The notes under the pieces: model-generated
The model's input: only the letters and a program-made list of their open reading frames with translations
Databases searched by the model: none
What the model was told of the DNA's origin: nothing
NCBI RefSeq assembly: GCF_026571515.1
Contig: NW_026854550.1
Coordinates: 1-64,000, forward strand
DNA length: 64,000 nt
Reading direction: 5' to 3'
DNA from: Ruditapes philippinarum
Lineage: Eukaryota
Shown: positions 12,650 through 25,039 of the stretch, piece by piece
Layout of the letters: each line of letters starts with the position of its first letter
Position numbering within the stretch: position 1 is the first letter of the stretch
Position numbers and translations under genes: made by a program

Positions 12650-15600
12650 GAAGCAGAAGAAATAGTTTATTTCGGTAACTTATACATTTACAGTATCTCG
12701 TTACATACAATAATTACAAATATAATAATTATGTGGTTACATGACAAAAGCAAAGAAAAATATAACAAGAGGGCCATGATGGCCCTGAGGTCGCTCACCT
12801 GTATATAGCCCCCCCCCCAAAAAAAAAAAAAATGTTGCAGGGCCAATTTAACCCAAGGGCTTTTATTTGCACAAATCTTGGTAGACACCCATAAGAAGAT
12901 GTTTCATGCTAAACATCTAAGCTCTAGCTCATTGGGCTTTTTTAAAGAAGATTTTTTTAAAGTTTTTACTATACACATATAGTTAAAAACAATGACACCC
13001 CTGGGGCCGGGCCAGTTTTGACCCCAGGGCTTTTATTGAACAAACTTTGTAGACACTTACTAGAAGATGTTTCATGCTAAATATCTAAACTCTAGCTATT
13101 TGGGTTTTTTCAAAGAAGATTTTAAGTTTTTGCTATACACATATAAAGAAAATCAATGACCCCCGGGGCGGGGCCAATTTTGACCCCAGGTCTTTTATTT
13201 GAACACACTTTGTAGACACTCACTAAAAGATGTTTCATGCTTAATATCTTAACTCTAGCTATTTGGGTTTTTTCAGAGAAGGTATTTTAACTTTTTGCTA
13301 TACACATATAAGGAAAATCAATGACCCCCGGGGTGGTGCCAATTTTGACCCCAGGGCTTTTATTTGAAGAAACTTGGTAGACACCTATTAGAACATGTTT
13401 GATGGTAAATATCTTAGCCATAGCTCTTTGATTTCTTTAAAAGAAGATTTTTTAAGTTTTTACTATATGAATATAGGGAAAATCAATGACCCCCCCCCCC
13501 GGGGCGGGGCCAATTTTGACCCCAGGGCTTTTATTTGAACAAACTTGGTAGACACTTATTAGAACATGTTTCATGCTAAATATCTTAGCTCTAACTCTTT
13601 TGGATCTTTAAAAGAAGATTTTTTAAGTTTTTACTATATGCATATAGGGAAAATCAATGACCCCCCGGGGCGGGGCCAATTTTGACCCCAGGGCTTTAAT
13701 TTGAACAAACTTGGTAGACACCTATTTAGAACATGTTTTCATGCCTCAATATCTTAGCCATAGCTCTTTTGAGTTCTTTAAAAGAGATTTTTTTAAGTTT
13801 TTTACTATATGCATATAGGGAAAATCAATGACCCCCCGGGCGGGGCCAATTTTTGACCCCAGGGCTTTTATTTGAACAAACTTGGTAGACACCCATTTAG
13901 AACATGTTTCATGCTAAATATCTTAGCTCTAGCTCTTTGGGTTCTTTAAAAGAAGATTTTTTAAGTTTTTACTATATGCATATAGGGAAAAATCAATGAC
14001 CCCCCGGGGCGGGCCAATTTTTGACCCCCAGGACTTTTATTTGAACAAACTTGGTAAGACACTCACTAGAAAGATGTTTTCATGCCAAATATTCTAAGCT
14101 CTACCTCTTATGGTTTTTCGAAAAAGAAGATATTTAAAGTTTTTTCTTTCGGTTGCCATGGCAACCAGAGTTCTGCATGGAATTAAATTCTTTGAACAAT
14201 TTGTAAAGGTGACCACCAAAGGAAACATTTCCTGTGAAGTTTGGATGAAATTGGCTTTTAGTGGTTTATGAGGAGATGTCATTTAAAGTAAAAGTTTACG
14301 GACGGACGGACGGACGACGGACGGACGACGGACGGACGGACGCCGGACGAAAAGCGATCACAAAAGCTCACCCTGTCACTTTGTGACAGGTGAGCTAATA
14401 AGAAGTAATATAAATTTTTTTTAACTGATGACATTTTAACGGAGAACAGACAGCTGCAAATAAAGGAACAAAGAACATCACAATGTCATTATCATTCATA
14501 GAAATAAAAAGTTCCAGTAAGAAGAAAAACAACAAAAACAGAAAAGACGTGACAATAACAGCGTCAAAAGTAAGGTATTACATGTATCTTTTTAACGATA
14601 ATAAGGATAAAAAGTTGAACCAATTAACATTTCAAAATGTGATATTGAATTAACAACGGGTCAGTAACAATTCTTGTTCGCTTTTTATTAGCTACATCTA
14701 TATATTTTTCCTAAATTTACATTGTACATCTTTATTATCTGATTGTTAGTAAATCTACTAATTTATACATAGAAGGTCTAATATAGTAATAACGCTTGAT
14801 AAATCTTCTTCGAATATATTGATAACATGGACAAACTAAAATAAAATGATATTCATCTTCAATTTCTGGTAAGTTACATAATTGGCATAATCTTTCATTT
14901 CTTTGTGTTCTATTACGTCCGTATCTACCGGTTTCTTAAGTTATGAGCAGATATTCTAATTCTACAAATATTCATACGTATACCTTTACAATAAATATTT
15001 CTTAAATAAAGTTCCAAACAAAAGTCTTTTTTGATATAACTATACAAAGTGTTTAGTACGATATTGTTTTCTATGTCTGAATGCCATTTTTTGCCTAAAA
15101 CAATCAATAACTCTTTGCTTAAATTCAGATAAAAAGAAACTACTTTTGATATTTATTGGGTTGTCCCACACATAAGAAAAGCCAAATTCATTTAATATGG
15201 ATTTTACATTTTGAGCGCAATTATATTTACACCAGTTCAAACTATTGCTTACTGTATATCTATAAATTTCTTTCTATGATATATTATCCGTATTTGACAA
15301 GCTTAAGCCAAAATTTAATGATTTGTACGTATCTTTGATATGTTAAGGGGTATCTACCTAATTCGTCATACACTGCATTAGTTACTAGCACATTGTTTTA
15401 CTCCTAATATTGATTTTCAAACCTTAAGGTGTTACCCTTTCTATATTCTTTAGATTTTAGTAAAACCCCAAACCGGACATGCATAATTAAGTAATTGAGC
15501 CAACAACGGCATTCAACTAATTGTAGTGAAACACGAGGATTTAAATGAAATTTCTGTCTATCTTATTCAATAAAATGGCTCATAGCTTTTAAACCTTTTC

Positions 15601-18600
15601 CCAACTAAGCACTGCGTATTTAAAACAAAAGAACCTGTATAATTAAAAACAACCTCTAGATAATTTAAAATCGTTAAACAACTTCAATGTGTTTTCCATT
15701 ATTATACCATTTTTTCACTTAATTTGACCTAGTCCTCTTTTACGGAAGACAACAATTTTTTGGTTTTATCCGTATTGACCTCAAGTCCCCATTTATTGCA
15801 ATAATCGCTACAAGGGTATTAAGCGATTTTTGTATGTTTTCTTGTGATCTGCCAAATTATCACCATATCATCGGCAAATAATAAAAACAATAATACATAA
15901 TTCATAAATATTGAGACCACAATCCATTCGGTTTTGTTAAAATTAATCCTCTAAAAATAATGCGAAAAAGTGCCGGAGAATTATTTTTGTCCCTGCCTTA
16001 AACCTATCGATATATTGAAGAAGTCAGAAAATGTATTACAATGTTTTTTACACAAGATGTTTACAACTGAATACATAGCTTTATAATATATTTAAAATTT
16101 TTACCATCAAGCCCATCTTAAATAAGTTATACCATAGCGCGGTTTCTATACACAGAGTCAAACGCTTTTTTTAAGATCGACAAAAGCGCCACGCCCGAAA
16201 TCTTTTATTTTTAGATAACAAATGATGTACTAAATTATGTAAAACAAAAATTGCATCCACAGTGCTGAGCCCTTTTCTAAAACCGAACTGGGCGTCTGAT
16301 AACATATTATTATCATCAAACCATTTTTCTACCCTTGAAGTTAAAATACTAGTAAATAATTTACCAAAAATTACTGATTAATGTTATACCCCTGTAATTA
16401 TTTGCATTTCTATTATGCCCCTTTTTATGCAAAGGTACAATAAAACCTTGTGTCCACAATTCTGGAAAATAACCTGCGTTAAAAACAATATTAAATAAAT
16501 CTTTAATAAGCCCTACCAAGATATCAATAGTTTCAATAAAATATTCATTAAGTAAATTGTCACTTGGCGATGCAGATTTGTTACGATTTAAATTGCGAAC
16601 AGCGGCACGAACTTCATCACAGGTAATCGGCATGTTCAATTCAACAAAAGTAGGGTTATTTGCATTAGTATTTCCGTCATCAATAAATGTTTCAACCTCG
16701 GGAATGATTGTTGTTTTTATTTCATTAAACATTTCAAAAAAATATTTTTCAAATGCTTTAGCAGATATATCGTCCCCTGTACGTCTATTTTGTTGTTTAA
16801 AATATTGCCAAAATTCTCTTGGTTCACGGGTTTTTAAACTAGTAAATTTTTGCGACTTCTTTAAATTAAATGCTCTTGTCTTTTTTCTCAAAATCATTTT
16901 ATACGTCTTTTTAGAATCACATAAAGATAATCTGTTTAAACCTGACTTATCATTGTTAAAAATATACAACTTTTCTTTATATATGCGTTTCGCATCAGCG
17001 CATTCAGTATCGAACCAAGAGTTATCATACCTTTTTGCACTCTTACAATAAACATTTTTCTTAAAAAACAAATCAGCTGATTCACAAATCAAGTGAGAAA
17101 AATTTGATACTTAAATCATTTACAGTACTTATTTCTTGAACATTATTTACACTCATGATACTATTAAATTAATTCATTTTTCCCAACAATGACCTTCAAA
17201 ACAACATTTTATGATCGTCATTCCATTTATTAATAAACGTAATGTTTTTATTGTAAACATCATAATCCGGTGGTTTATCGCCACATATCTTAAAACTCAA
17301 TGATGCATGGTCACTAAACAAGTCAAACTGGTTAACAGTGAACGATTGAACGATATGAAAATCAATTTCTTTTAACAGTAAGTATCTATTGTACTGCATG
17401 ATTGCTGACCATAATATGTATATTCACCGGTTACGCAATCATGTCCCAATCGTCCGTTGGCTAAACGTAAAGAGTTGGCTTTACAAAATTCTAACAGTTT
17501 TACGCCACGTGCATTGCATACAAGGTCACTTGAGGTTCTGCATAAGGTTTCTTCTGGGAAGTAGTCAATATCATCAATATTTTGTCACATCTGATAAAAT
17601 CTGTTTTTTTACCCACACGACAGTTCCAATCCCCTTCCACAAGGACGCTACCTATCTGTTCATAATTAAAAACATCTTGCTCTAATAGGTTAAATAAATC
17701 AATATTGTTTACACTTGCAGCCGTAGAATCATCTCCCCACATATATACACCTGCCAAAATACATCTTTTGTAAAATTGAAAATATTTCCATGAATTTTCA
17801 GCCATATTATTGTATCAAAATGGTTTTTAATGATTGAAACACCTGATTTTATATTGTTTTATATATATCACAATACCCCTACTGTTACTTTTAGCCCTTT
17901 TATGCTTGAATTTTCTATAGAAATTATAACATGTAAAGTTGTCAGTATCAATGTTAGACTCACTATCCATCCAAGCTTCCGATAATATAACAATATCATT
18001 TTTACTAATTTTATCAATAAAATCTGGATCATTAAGTTTTCTTTCTGTTAAACCATTACAATTCCACACTAATATTTTGGGCCCATTCTCCGATGCATGT
18101 TTCATATTCCAAATTGATTGGTTTTCCATCGATAAATAATGTGTCATAAGAGATTCATGCATTATGGTTTTTTGCTCTCGCCTCACGAAGTTTAGGAATT
18201 AATCTCTTACGTTTTGCCACGACCTCAGGCGGGAACTGTTCATGCATAAAGAATTGTTTACCATCAAGTTTGAAGTGCTGCTTCCTTACAGTTTCTCTAT
18301 CTTTGAAATACGCAAGTCTGCATACAATTTTCCTGTTGATTAATTTTGATGGATCAGTTGATTGGTACCCCATTCTGTGGGCTCTTTCTATCTTCACGGC
18401 ATCTACTGTATCTTGTGCGAGTCCCAGCTTATTAACCAAATGCTCCCTTAGTTTGTTTTCAGTTTCTGTTGCTTTTTCATTCAGCGACTCAGATATTCCA
18501 CCAAAAATGAGATTATTTCTCATAGACTGGGATCGTAGATAAGACAGGTCTTGTTTTATTTGGTCATTTTCTTTTTCCAATGATTCAAGTTTTGACAACT

Positions 18601-18871
18601 TCTCTACGTTAGAAATTTCAACATGGCTTATGCGATCGTCAAACTTTAATAGCTTATCATCTGTATCCTTTTTTATATCATGTACATTTAACCATAATGA
18701 TTTTAAATCTCTCTCAAATTTGTCAACTTTTGATTCTAAAACATCTAAAGTTTTCAGCTTAATGTCAATATTTTCCAATTTTGATTCAATTTGTATCAGA
18801 TGCTTCATAATTTCAGAATTTGAAGGGATACACGCTTCGACTTCAATGACTGACACAAATGTTCATAATCG
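12650..18871 (-). mobile_element. LINE (RTE-X-like): ORF1 (coiled-coil/RRM-type) + frameshifted APE-RT ORF2, 5'-truncated inside ORF1
   Basis: ORF1 18155-18856 (RSQSMRNNLIFGGI, IERAHRMG, EQFPPEV). ORF2 motifs VWNCNGL, GDWNCR, SDH, YRGITLIS, LLFADD (~15870-15890), RISAHNL...C..C...EDEYHF. AATAAA plus (TTC)n-like tail at 12650-12672; CGAA duplicated at 12646-12649 and 18872-18875. Confidence 0.9.
12764..14398. mobile_element. HINE/Helentron-type non-autonomous element with ~8 x ~167-bp internal satellite array, nested in the LINE 3' UTR
   Basis: Begins aacaagagggccatgatggccctgaggtcgctcacctg; tandem units gacccc..ggggcggggccaattttgaccccaggg at ~12840-14100; (GACG)n at ~14298-14350; terminal palindrome gctcaccctgtcac-ttt-gtgacaggtgagc. 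Confidence 0.88.
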
Positions 18872-18875
18872 CGAA

Positions 18876-19407
18876 ACTATTTTGTCACCCAGAAACTTAC
18901 CCCCAGTAACCGGAAACGGAAGTGGATCCCCAGACGACAATTATTTGACTGCTGAGTCCATTGAATCTTCTCATGACGGCAGTTTGAACGATTACGAGGA
19001 ACCAGTAAGTTCATACAACTCTATACGGTATACTGACCTAACAGATGGTTCCCCGCCCGAACACAATGCACCGGATGTTCCACCGGAAACAAATGTCAAA
19101 AGTGCTCCAAAAACTACTCCTAAGAAAAATTGGAATACAAGTTCTTCCTTCGAATCCATTTAAACCATTCGGCTCTTCTCAAGATTTACAATCATCTGAC
19201 TCTACTCAACCTATTGCCAAACCTAGACGTAAGAAACCCGGAGTAGATAACGTATCGCAGAAAACAAGTCCACGTGCAGTGTCGGCTGCATCTGAGAAAC
19301 AGGGTGAAATGGAACTTTTGAAGAGATCGGATGCAATGGCTTCCAACAGAGATTCAGCAATGTCTCAAGCACTAAATCAATCATCATTATTTCGTCCTGG
19401 AGCCTGA
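18876..19407 (+). CDS. Receptor gene 1, 3' half of terminal exon (one +1 frameshift in A-run near 19125-19129)
   Basis: TILSPRNLPP...DNYLTA...DYEEPVSSYNSIRYTDL...PKK/IGIQVLPSNPFKPF...FRPGA*. In frame with the 12440-12649 half when joined at the duplicated CGAA. Confidence 0.75.
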
Positions 19408-20263
19408 TCACGACCACATGGACTATGAACATTCGGTCAGCTCCCCAAAACTAGTGTAGGTAAACTCAAGGAATACTACTTTTTATAAAAAATGAAAGAA
19501 TGTCTGTTTTCCTGTTTTCGAATGTGACTTTTATCTTTTTGTAAAAGAACCCTTTTAATCAAACTGCTGGATTCGGTTTTGAGGAATATTTTCTCTATAT
19601 AAAATATATATTTTATAGTTATATCATATTGTACAGCTACATGTTTTAGATTGTTCAAGACAATCCGCTGGCGAATGGTCAATTGTGAAACTTACTAATG
19701 GAAATAATCGTACTTTATGACAACGTTCTTCTTTCTATTAAAATTTAAACATATATTTTATTATGTGGTATAAAATTTTTGTTTATATGACACTTAAGAA
19801 TTGTTATTTCAAATGTACATGTACATGTTTTAAGTAAATGATGAAAATACTACTTTGATGTCTTTAATCTCTGGAAATGACGAAAAGAAAATAAAATGTA
19901 TGTTTGTATAAAAATTGGTTTATTTTCAAACACAATTGAACAATTTGTATGTACACGAATATCAAAATCTAAACATACGAGTGATATGTCATTCTTTTTG
20001 TATCAAGCCTGCAAAGGCCCATTAATTAAGCCTAAATAATGTTGTCATTTTAATTTAAAAACGAAACACTTCTTAAATATAAATAAAAAATAATAAAAAG
20101 ATAAGACAATAGTATAAGTAATCCCATGGTATCATGGTTATTCTACACATTAATTAGTACTTTGCGTTTGAAAATACCAGCTACTTTCATGACATCGTAT
20201 CGCGTAAATCAACATTTTCAAATCGACACATTTTTGCAGTCACATGGCATTTCCGCGTGTCCT

Positions 20264-20265
<2 letters not shown>

Positions 20266-20324
<59 letters not shown>

Positions 20325-20330
20325 GATATA
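20266..20330. repeat. (TA)n microsatellite
   Basis: Long tatata run seen directly. Confidence 0.95.
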
Positions 20331-20950
20331 GTATAATTAACGAACACAATGTACCGGATGCTCTACCAGATCTAGACAAGTGTGCCGATATCAACCAAAT
20401 GTTCACCGTTCACTAGCGGAAATAATATACCTATGAAACATGGGTGTTATACGTAACTTAACTAAAATTATTTACAATGCTTCTGTACATCACGTAAAAC
20501 AACGAAAACTTCCGATGACGTAAGTGTATGATAGATTACAATTACGGAATTTGCCAGCCCTACCAAGCATTAGGTTGCTCATTGTAGGGGTTCTTGCAGA
20601 GTTTCTCAAACAAACAAAGAGGTTAACTTGACATCCGAAAAAATCTATCAATATATAACCATAACCCTTTTGATAATGCAGGGACATATTTCATTTTTCC
20701 ATACCATAATTTCTTTTCACCTATTTGTTGTTATACCGAGAAAACAAAGCACCATAAATTTCATTTGTTGGACATATATGTTTAGATTTTGCATATAAAT
20801 AATGTTCAAAGTTTCCATTTAACTATTTCTGCATTAAATTAAAAAAAAAACAAGGTTCATAAAGACAAAGTAAGATAAATACATAAAAGGCACTGTTGGA
20901 GAAACGTACATGTATGTGTCAGCTAGTATTCCATTAAAGTGTCAGGATTT

Positions 20951-21589
20951 TCATACAGGTGGGGTTCTACTCTCCAAGTCAGAGGAGCTCCTCCTGTATT
21001 CTTTCACATCCTGCTGCATTGCAGAGTTACTTTCTTGAAATGAAGGTTGTTCAACATTAGTATACATATGAAACGAGTCATAAAATGTTTCCGGCATCGG
21101 AGCAATGTTTCTATCCGGATTCCGGCCATACTCTGCCGTGTCGTATTCACTTACCTCGAAAGATGGCACGGCATAAATGTTTTCACTTCCGAAAACGTCG
21201 TTTGGCATAGCTTCAATATAAACATAATCTCCTGAAGAATCCGATCTAACATCTGTAAAACGCGGTCGACGAGTTAAAAAACTTTTCTGACTACTCAGCA
21301 CCGTTTTCCCATCGTTTTTACCAGTTGACAATTTGGAGGTTAATGATTGGTTTATATGAAATGACGTAATCGCGTCATCGTCTTTTCGAATTAAAGCTAG
21401 CGGACTCAAAGGTTCTATGGCCACGATACTAGTTTCAGTGGTTGTTTTGGATTTGAGAGTATCCCTCGACGATATAATAGCACCCTCGTTAAAACTACTC
21501 TCGTAACACATGTTGAACTGTGAATTTGAGCTGACTCTGTCTCGACCAATAGCTGGCTTTTCTTTATCATACCGATATACAGCCTCCAT
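20951..21589 (-). CDS. Receptor gene 2, terminal cytoplasmic exon (multi-tyrosine tail)
   Basis: gttgcag| acceptor, phase 0, 213 codons to stop; contains GDYVYI, ENIYAVP, SEYDTA, MYTNV. Confidence 0.8.
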   Translation of the reverse strand: MEAVYRYDKEKPAIGRDRVSSNSQFNMCYESSFNEGAIISSRDTLKSKTTTETSIVAIEPLSPLALIRKDDDAITSFHINQSLTSKLSTGKNDGKTVLSSQKSFLTRRPRFTDVRSDSSGDYVYIEAMPNDVFGSENIYAVPSFEVSEYDTAEYGRNPDRNIAPMPETFYDSFHMYTNVEQPSFQESNSAMQQDVKEYRRSSSDLESRTPPV

Positions 21590-22144
21590 CTGCAACGAAA
21601 ACTACATAAGTAAGATAAAACAAATGGCAAGAACATCTGAACAACAACATTCTCTCTACCTTTATATAAATAATGCAAACGGTTTGAAACATATCTAATA
21701 AGACAATTGTAGAAGGTAGTCAGAGATGTAGTAAACTGATTCGTATTATAGTATCAGCATATAACTCGGGTCACATGTGCATTTGAACTGATGGAAACAT
21801 TAATTTTTTTTAAAGTTCCCTAGAACAGCTTCATTATTTTTCGATCGCATGATATCTACCGATTTTATATCACCATAGTTATTGGTTGTTTTAATCCCCC
21901 CCCCCCGACACTGTTATGTTGACAGGTGCCACCCCTTATTTATCTTGTTTATGTGCAATTTCTGAAGAGCAATAAAAAGAAAACGAAAACATCCCGTTGT
22001 CTTTTTTATCTTTGCACTCGTGGAAAGCGTTAAGTTATAAATTGGCAGGAATATGTTCCAACCTTTTATTCTTAGGTCCATGCTTTATATAAATCTTAAA
22101 TATCTAAATGAAATAAGTCAAGAGTTCATAGCAAAGAAGATGAA

Positions 22145-22336
22145 ATGAGCCGCGTCATGACAAAACCAACATAATGGGTTTGCGACCAGCATAAATCCAG
22201 ACCAGATCCGCGCAGTCTGATCAGGATCCATGCTGTTCGCTATCAGTTTCTCTACTTGTAATAGAATTGGTAAGCGAACAGCATGGATCCTGATGGTCGC
22301 AAACCCATTATGTTGGTTTTGTCATGACGCAGCTCA
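22145..22336. mobile_element. MITE with long terminal inverted repeats (intronic in gene 2)
   Basis: atgagccgcgtcatgacaaaaccaacataatgggtttgcgacca ... tggtcgcaaacccattatgttggttttgtcatgacgcagctca; same family at 56064-56300 and a fragment at 61817-61840. Confidence 0.85.
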
Positions 22337-22356
22337 AAACATGGCGAAATACATAC

Positions 22357-22493
22357 GAAAGCTTCGTCAAATTCAGCGTAAATCTCAGTATCGTCGTTCT
22401 CCGACCTAGCTTTTTTTTCTTGGAGACTGGAAAAACCACGTAAACAAACTTGGCTTCCCAGCTGGCTCCAGAGAGCCCCCAGAATCCGAGTTC
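22357..22493 (-). CDS. Receptor gene 2, cytoplasmic exon (EIYAEFDEAF); one extra base in the T8 run at 22411-22418
   Basis: tttcag| ... |gtatgt; NSDSGGSLEPAGKPSLFTWFFQSPRKK/ARSENDDTEIYAEFDEAF, homologous to gene 1 exon 11851-12004; phases 2/0. Confidence 0.8.
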
Positions 22494-22812
22494 CTGAAAC
22501 ATAAATAATACGTACATGAAAGAAGGAAGAAAGTTGGGAATATTTTGGCTTCATACTTTATATTTTAGTCGAAAACATTTGAACATTAAATGTTTTTAAC
22601 AAATGACAAGGATGATTACAAACATCACTTAGATTGTTTTAGGTTCATAATAACAAAAAATATCTTTTATTGATAAAAAAAAGACCCTGCAGGTTCTGAA
22701 ATATGATCTTTATTCATATAAATACAATTTACGTTAGATATTCCTCGCTTTACAAAGATTGTTTCACATTTAAACGATAAATGAAAATTTTTATAGACAC
22801 GCCTGAACTTAC

Positions 22813-23089
22813 TGTGACTGTCTCTTCTTGTGCAAGATAAACATGAAAAGACCGATTGCACACAGCAGCAAAATTCCTCCAACTGCTGAAAAGACAATAG
22901 CAATAGTATTATCACTTCCGGTCTCAATTTTAATTTTAGAAAAACCGGAAGTAGCGTTGTTGACAGAAGTTGTTGACGAAGTTGATGAATTTGTAAATAT
23001 TGCAGTTGATCTTTCCGGTTCTAAAGTCCAGTCAGTTGATTTTTTCGTTGTCCAAGGATGTTTTGATGGCTTTGTTTTCTCCCCTGGTA
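22813..23089 (-). CDS. Receptor gene 2, stalk + transmembrane exon
   Basis: tttaag| ... |gtaagt, phases 1/2; IAIVFSAVGGILLLCAIGLFMFIL followed by HKKRQS. Confidence 0.85.
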
Positions 23090-23736
23090 CTTAAATATAA
23101 GGGATAAATTCGTTTAAAATGTCATATTTTCATTCAAATAATAATAAAAACTACATTACCTACACTCAAAGATATATAGGATTAACATTACAAATAAAAT
23201 AAATCAGAGAAAAACAGAAAAACGACAAACATTTGAATCTATTAATTAAATGCAAATCAATCAACCAATACAATTGCTTTTTGTACCCTAGTTGTTTTAC
23301 ATGCATATATCAATATTTTCAAAATGGCGGCTAAATATTTTCAAACTTTTAAAGTATTCGGGACCATTTATATTTTGTTTAAACAGAAAATAATGCATTT
23401 TGTTAATATCGTTTGGTGTTTATGTATTAAGAAGTCACTGCACGATGATTTCGTTGGTAGTGCAAATAGTCTAAACAAAATTTTTGGACCTTAAAAGTAA
23501 ATGCTTGCAACGACCAACACACAACAAAGCCGGGTAGAAGTAAAGGAAAACAGACCCACACTACAGAGGACAAACAACTTAAATATATTTCAAAATATCA
23601 CAATTTTAGCTAGTATACTTATTGCTATGGAACAGGTTGTTAAAATATTTGTAGTTGTATACATGCACTTCAAAATGATGATTGTGAAAATAGATTATGT
23701 CTTTGAACGTTAATTCGATTGTCAGAATATATTCAC

Positions 23737-23983
23737 CGGCTGAATTAGATTCTACAGTTGTGACGTCATCGGTTGTTGTCTCGGTCTGTTCTGTCGCATC
23801 TGCTGTTACCAAAGTCGAACTCTCCACATTTGTGGTATTTTGTCGTGCAGTAGTTGTGGTAATAGTCGTCGTCGTGGTCGTGGATGATGATGACGTCGAT
23901 GATGTGGATGCTATTCTAGTGGTGGTAGGCGTGGTTCTTGTAGTTATGGTTTTCTTTGTAGTAGAGGTAGTAGTAACAGGTCG
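23737..23983 (-). CDS. Receptor gene 2, mucin-like Thr/Ser-rich exon (5' boundary uncertain)
   Basis: RPVTTTSTTKKTITTRTTPTTTRIASTSSTSSSSTTTTTTITTTT...ESNSA; donor |gtgaat, phase 1; in-frame stops just upstream (23984-23989). Confidence 0.7.
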
Positions 23984-25039
23984 TTATTATTCAAATGATT
24001 ATCATAAAACAATCTTACAACCATTTCAATGGAAAACTCTATATACAGTATACATTATACGTGCACATCGATATCAATTGCTCCAGCAAAGTAGCTGCAA
24101 TATCTTTAGGGTTCGAGCCCTAGCCGCGGCGATTGCTTCCAACAACACAACAGTTTGATGACAAAATGATGAAAATTGTGAAACAGAAACCACTTTATTT
24201 CTGTCTAAACATATTAACTAGAGTATGGTAAATTTATCACGTTTATTTGTATTTTGCATGACTTATTTCTTTCTCTTTTTATTATATACAAATGAAGTGT
24301 AGTGTCATTCTGGTAAATTCCGTAAAAAAACATAAGTAATGCATTTACACTGAACATTAAACATACATAGTCGATAAAAAATAGACATTGATAGCGCAAA
24401 AAACACGAGGACAACAATAAACGATCATTCTACATGGGTATGTTTGTGAAACGCGTTATCCACGTCCCAGATACATTAAAAGACAAAACATTCTTTGAAA
24501 ATATATACAACGTTGAAAGAAAGATGAGGGACATGCAATGTTTAATATATTTAATATAGATGGAAAACCTTATCTGCACTATTAAAATGCGCTTATATTT
24601 TTCTAAATAATAATCAGGATATTGACCCTAAAGGAATTCCACTAAAGTCAAAAGGCACAACACAAAAAATTCGATTTCTTTTAAAGTGAAACACTTTAAA
24701 TTGAAAAATATGCGTTCGATAATAAAAAATACACTAATGTCTTATAATCAAATGGTAAATCGATAAAACGTGCAAATATATGTCTGATTGGAGTGAAAAA
24801 CGTTGTAACGCTGTTCATTTTTATGTTATTTTGAACAGCAAAAATGATCATTTTGGAAAAAAGTGGTGAGTGAATGATCTGAAGTTGCACACAAGTTACT
24901 GGTTTAGACCTATATCAAATGGTACACAAATTTTGAAATATATTTCCAGTTCCCTCAAAAAACCTCAGCGCAGTCTCCGACTGGTATTACATCTCAATGA
25001 TACTTATAATATCATATTTCATTATAATTCAGTGTATAA

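Noticed and set aside
12840-14100. CRISPR-like regularly spaced repeats
   Set aside because: Whole units repeat with no unique spacers; eukaryotic HINE internal satellite.
16557-18542. + strand ORFs overlapping the LINE (16557-17051, 17939-18139, 18270-18542); similar ones at 33161-33382 and 45565-45855
   Set aside because: Antisense shadows of recognisable LINE ORFs.
20126-20416. ORFs with IYIYIY repeats
   Set aside because: Translation of the (TA)n microsatellite.
23697-24158. 153-aa Val-rich + strand ORF
   Set aside because: Antisense shadow of the Thr-rich exon of gene 2 (ACN codons read as Val).
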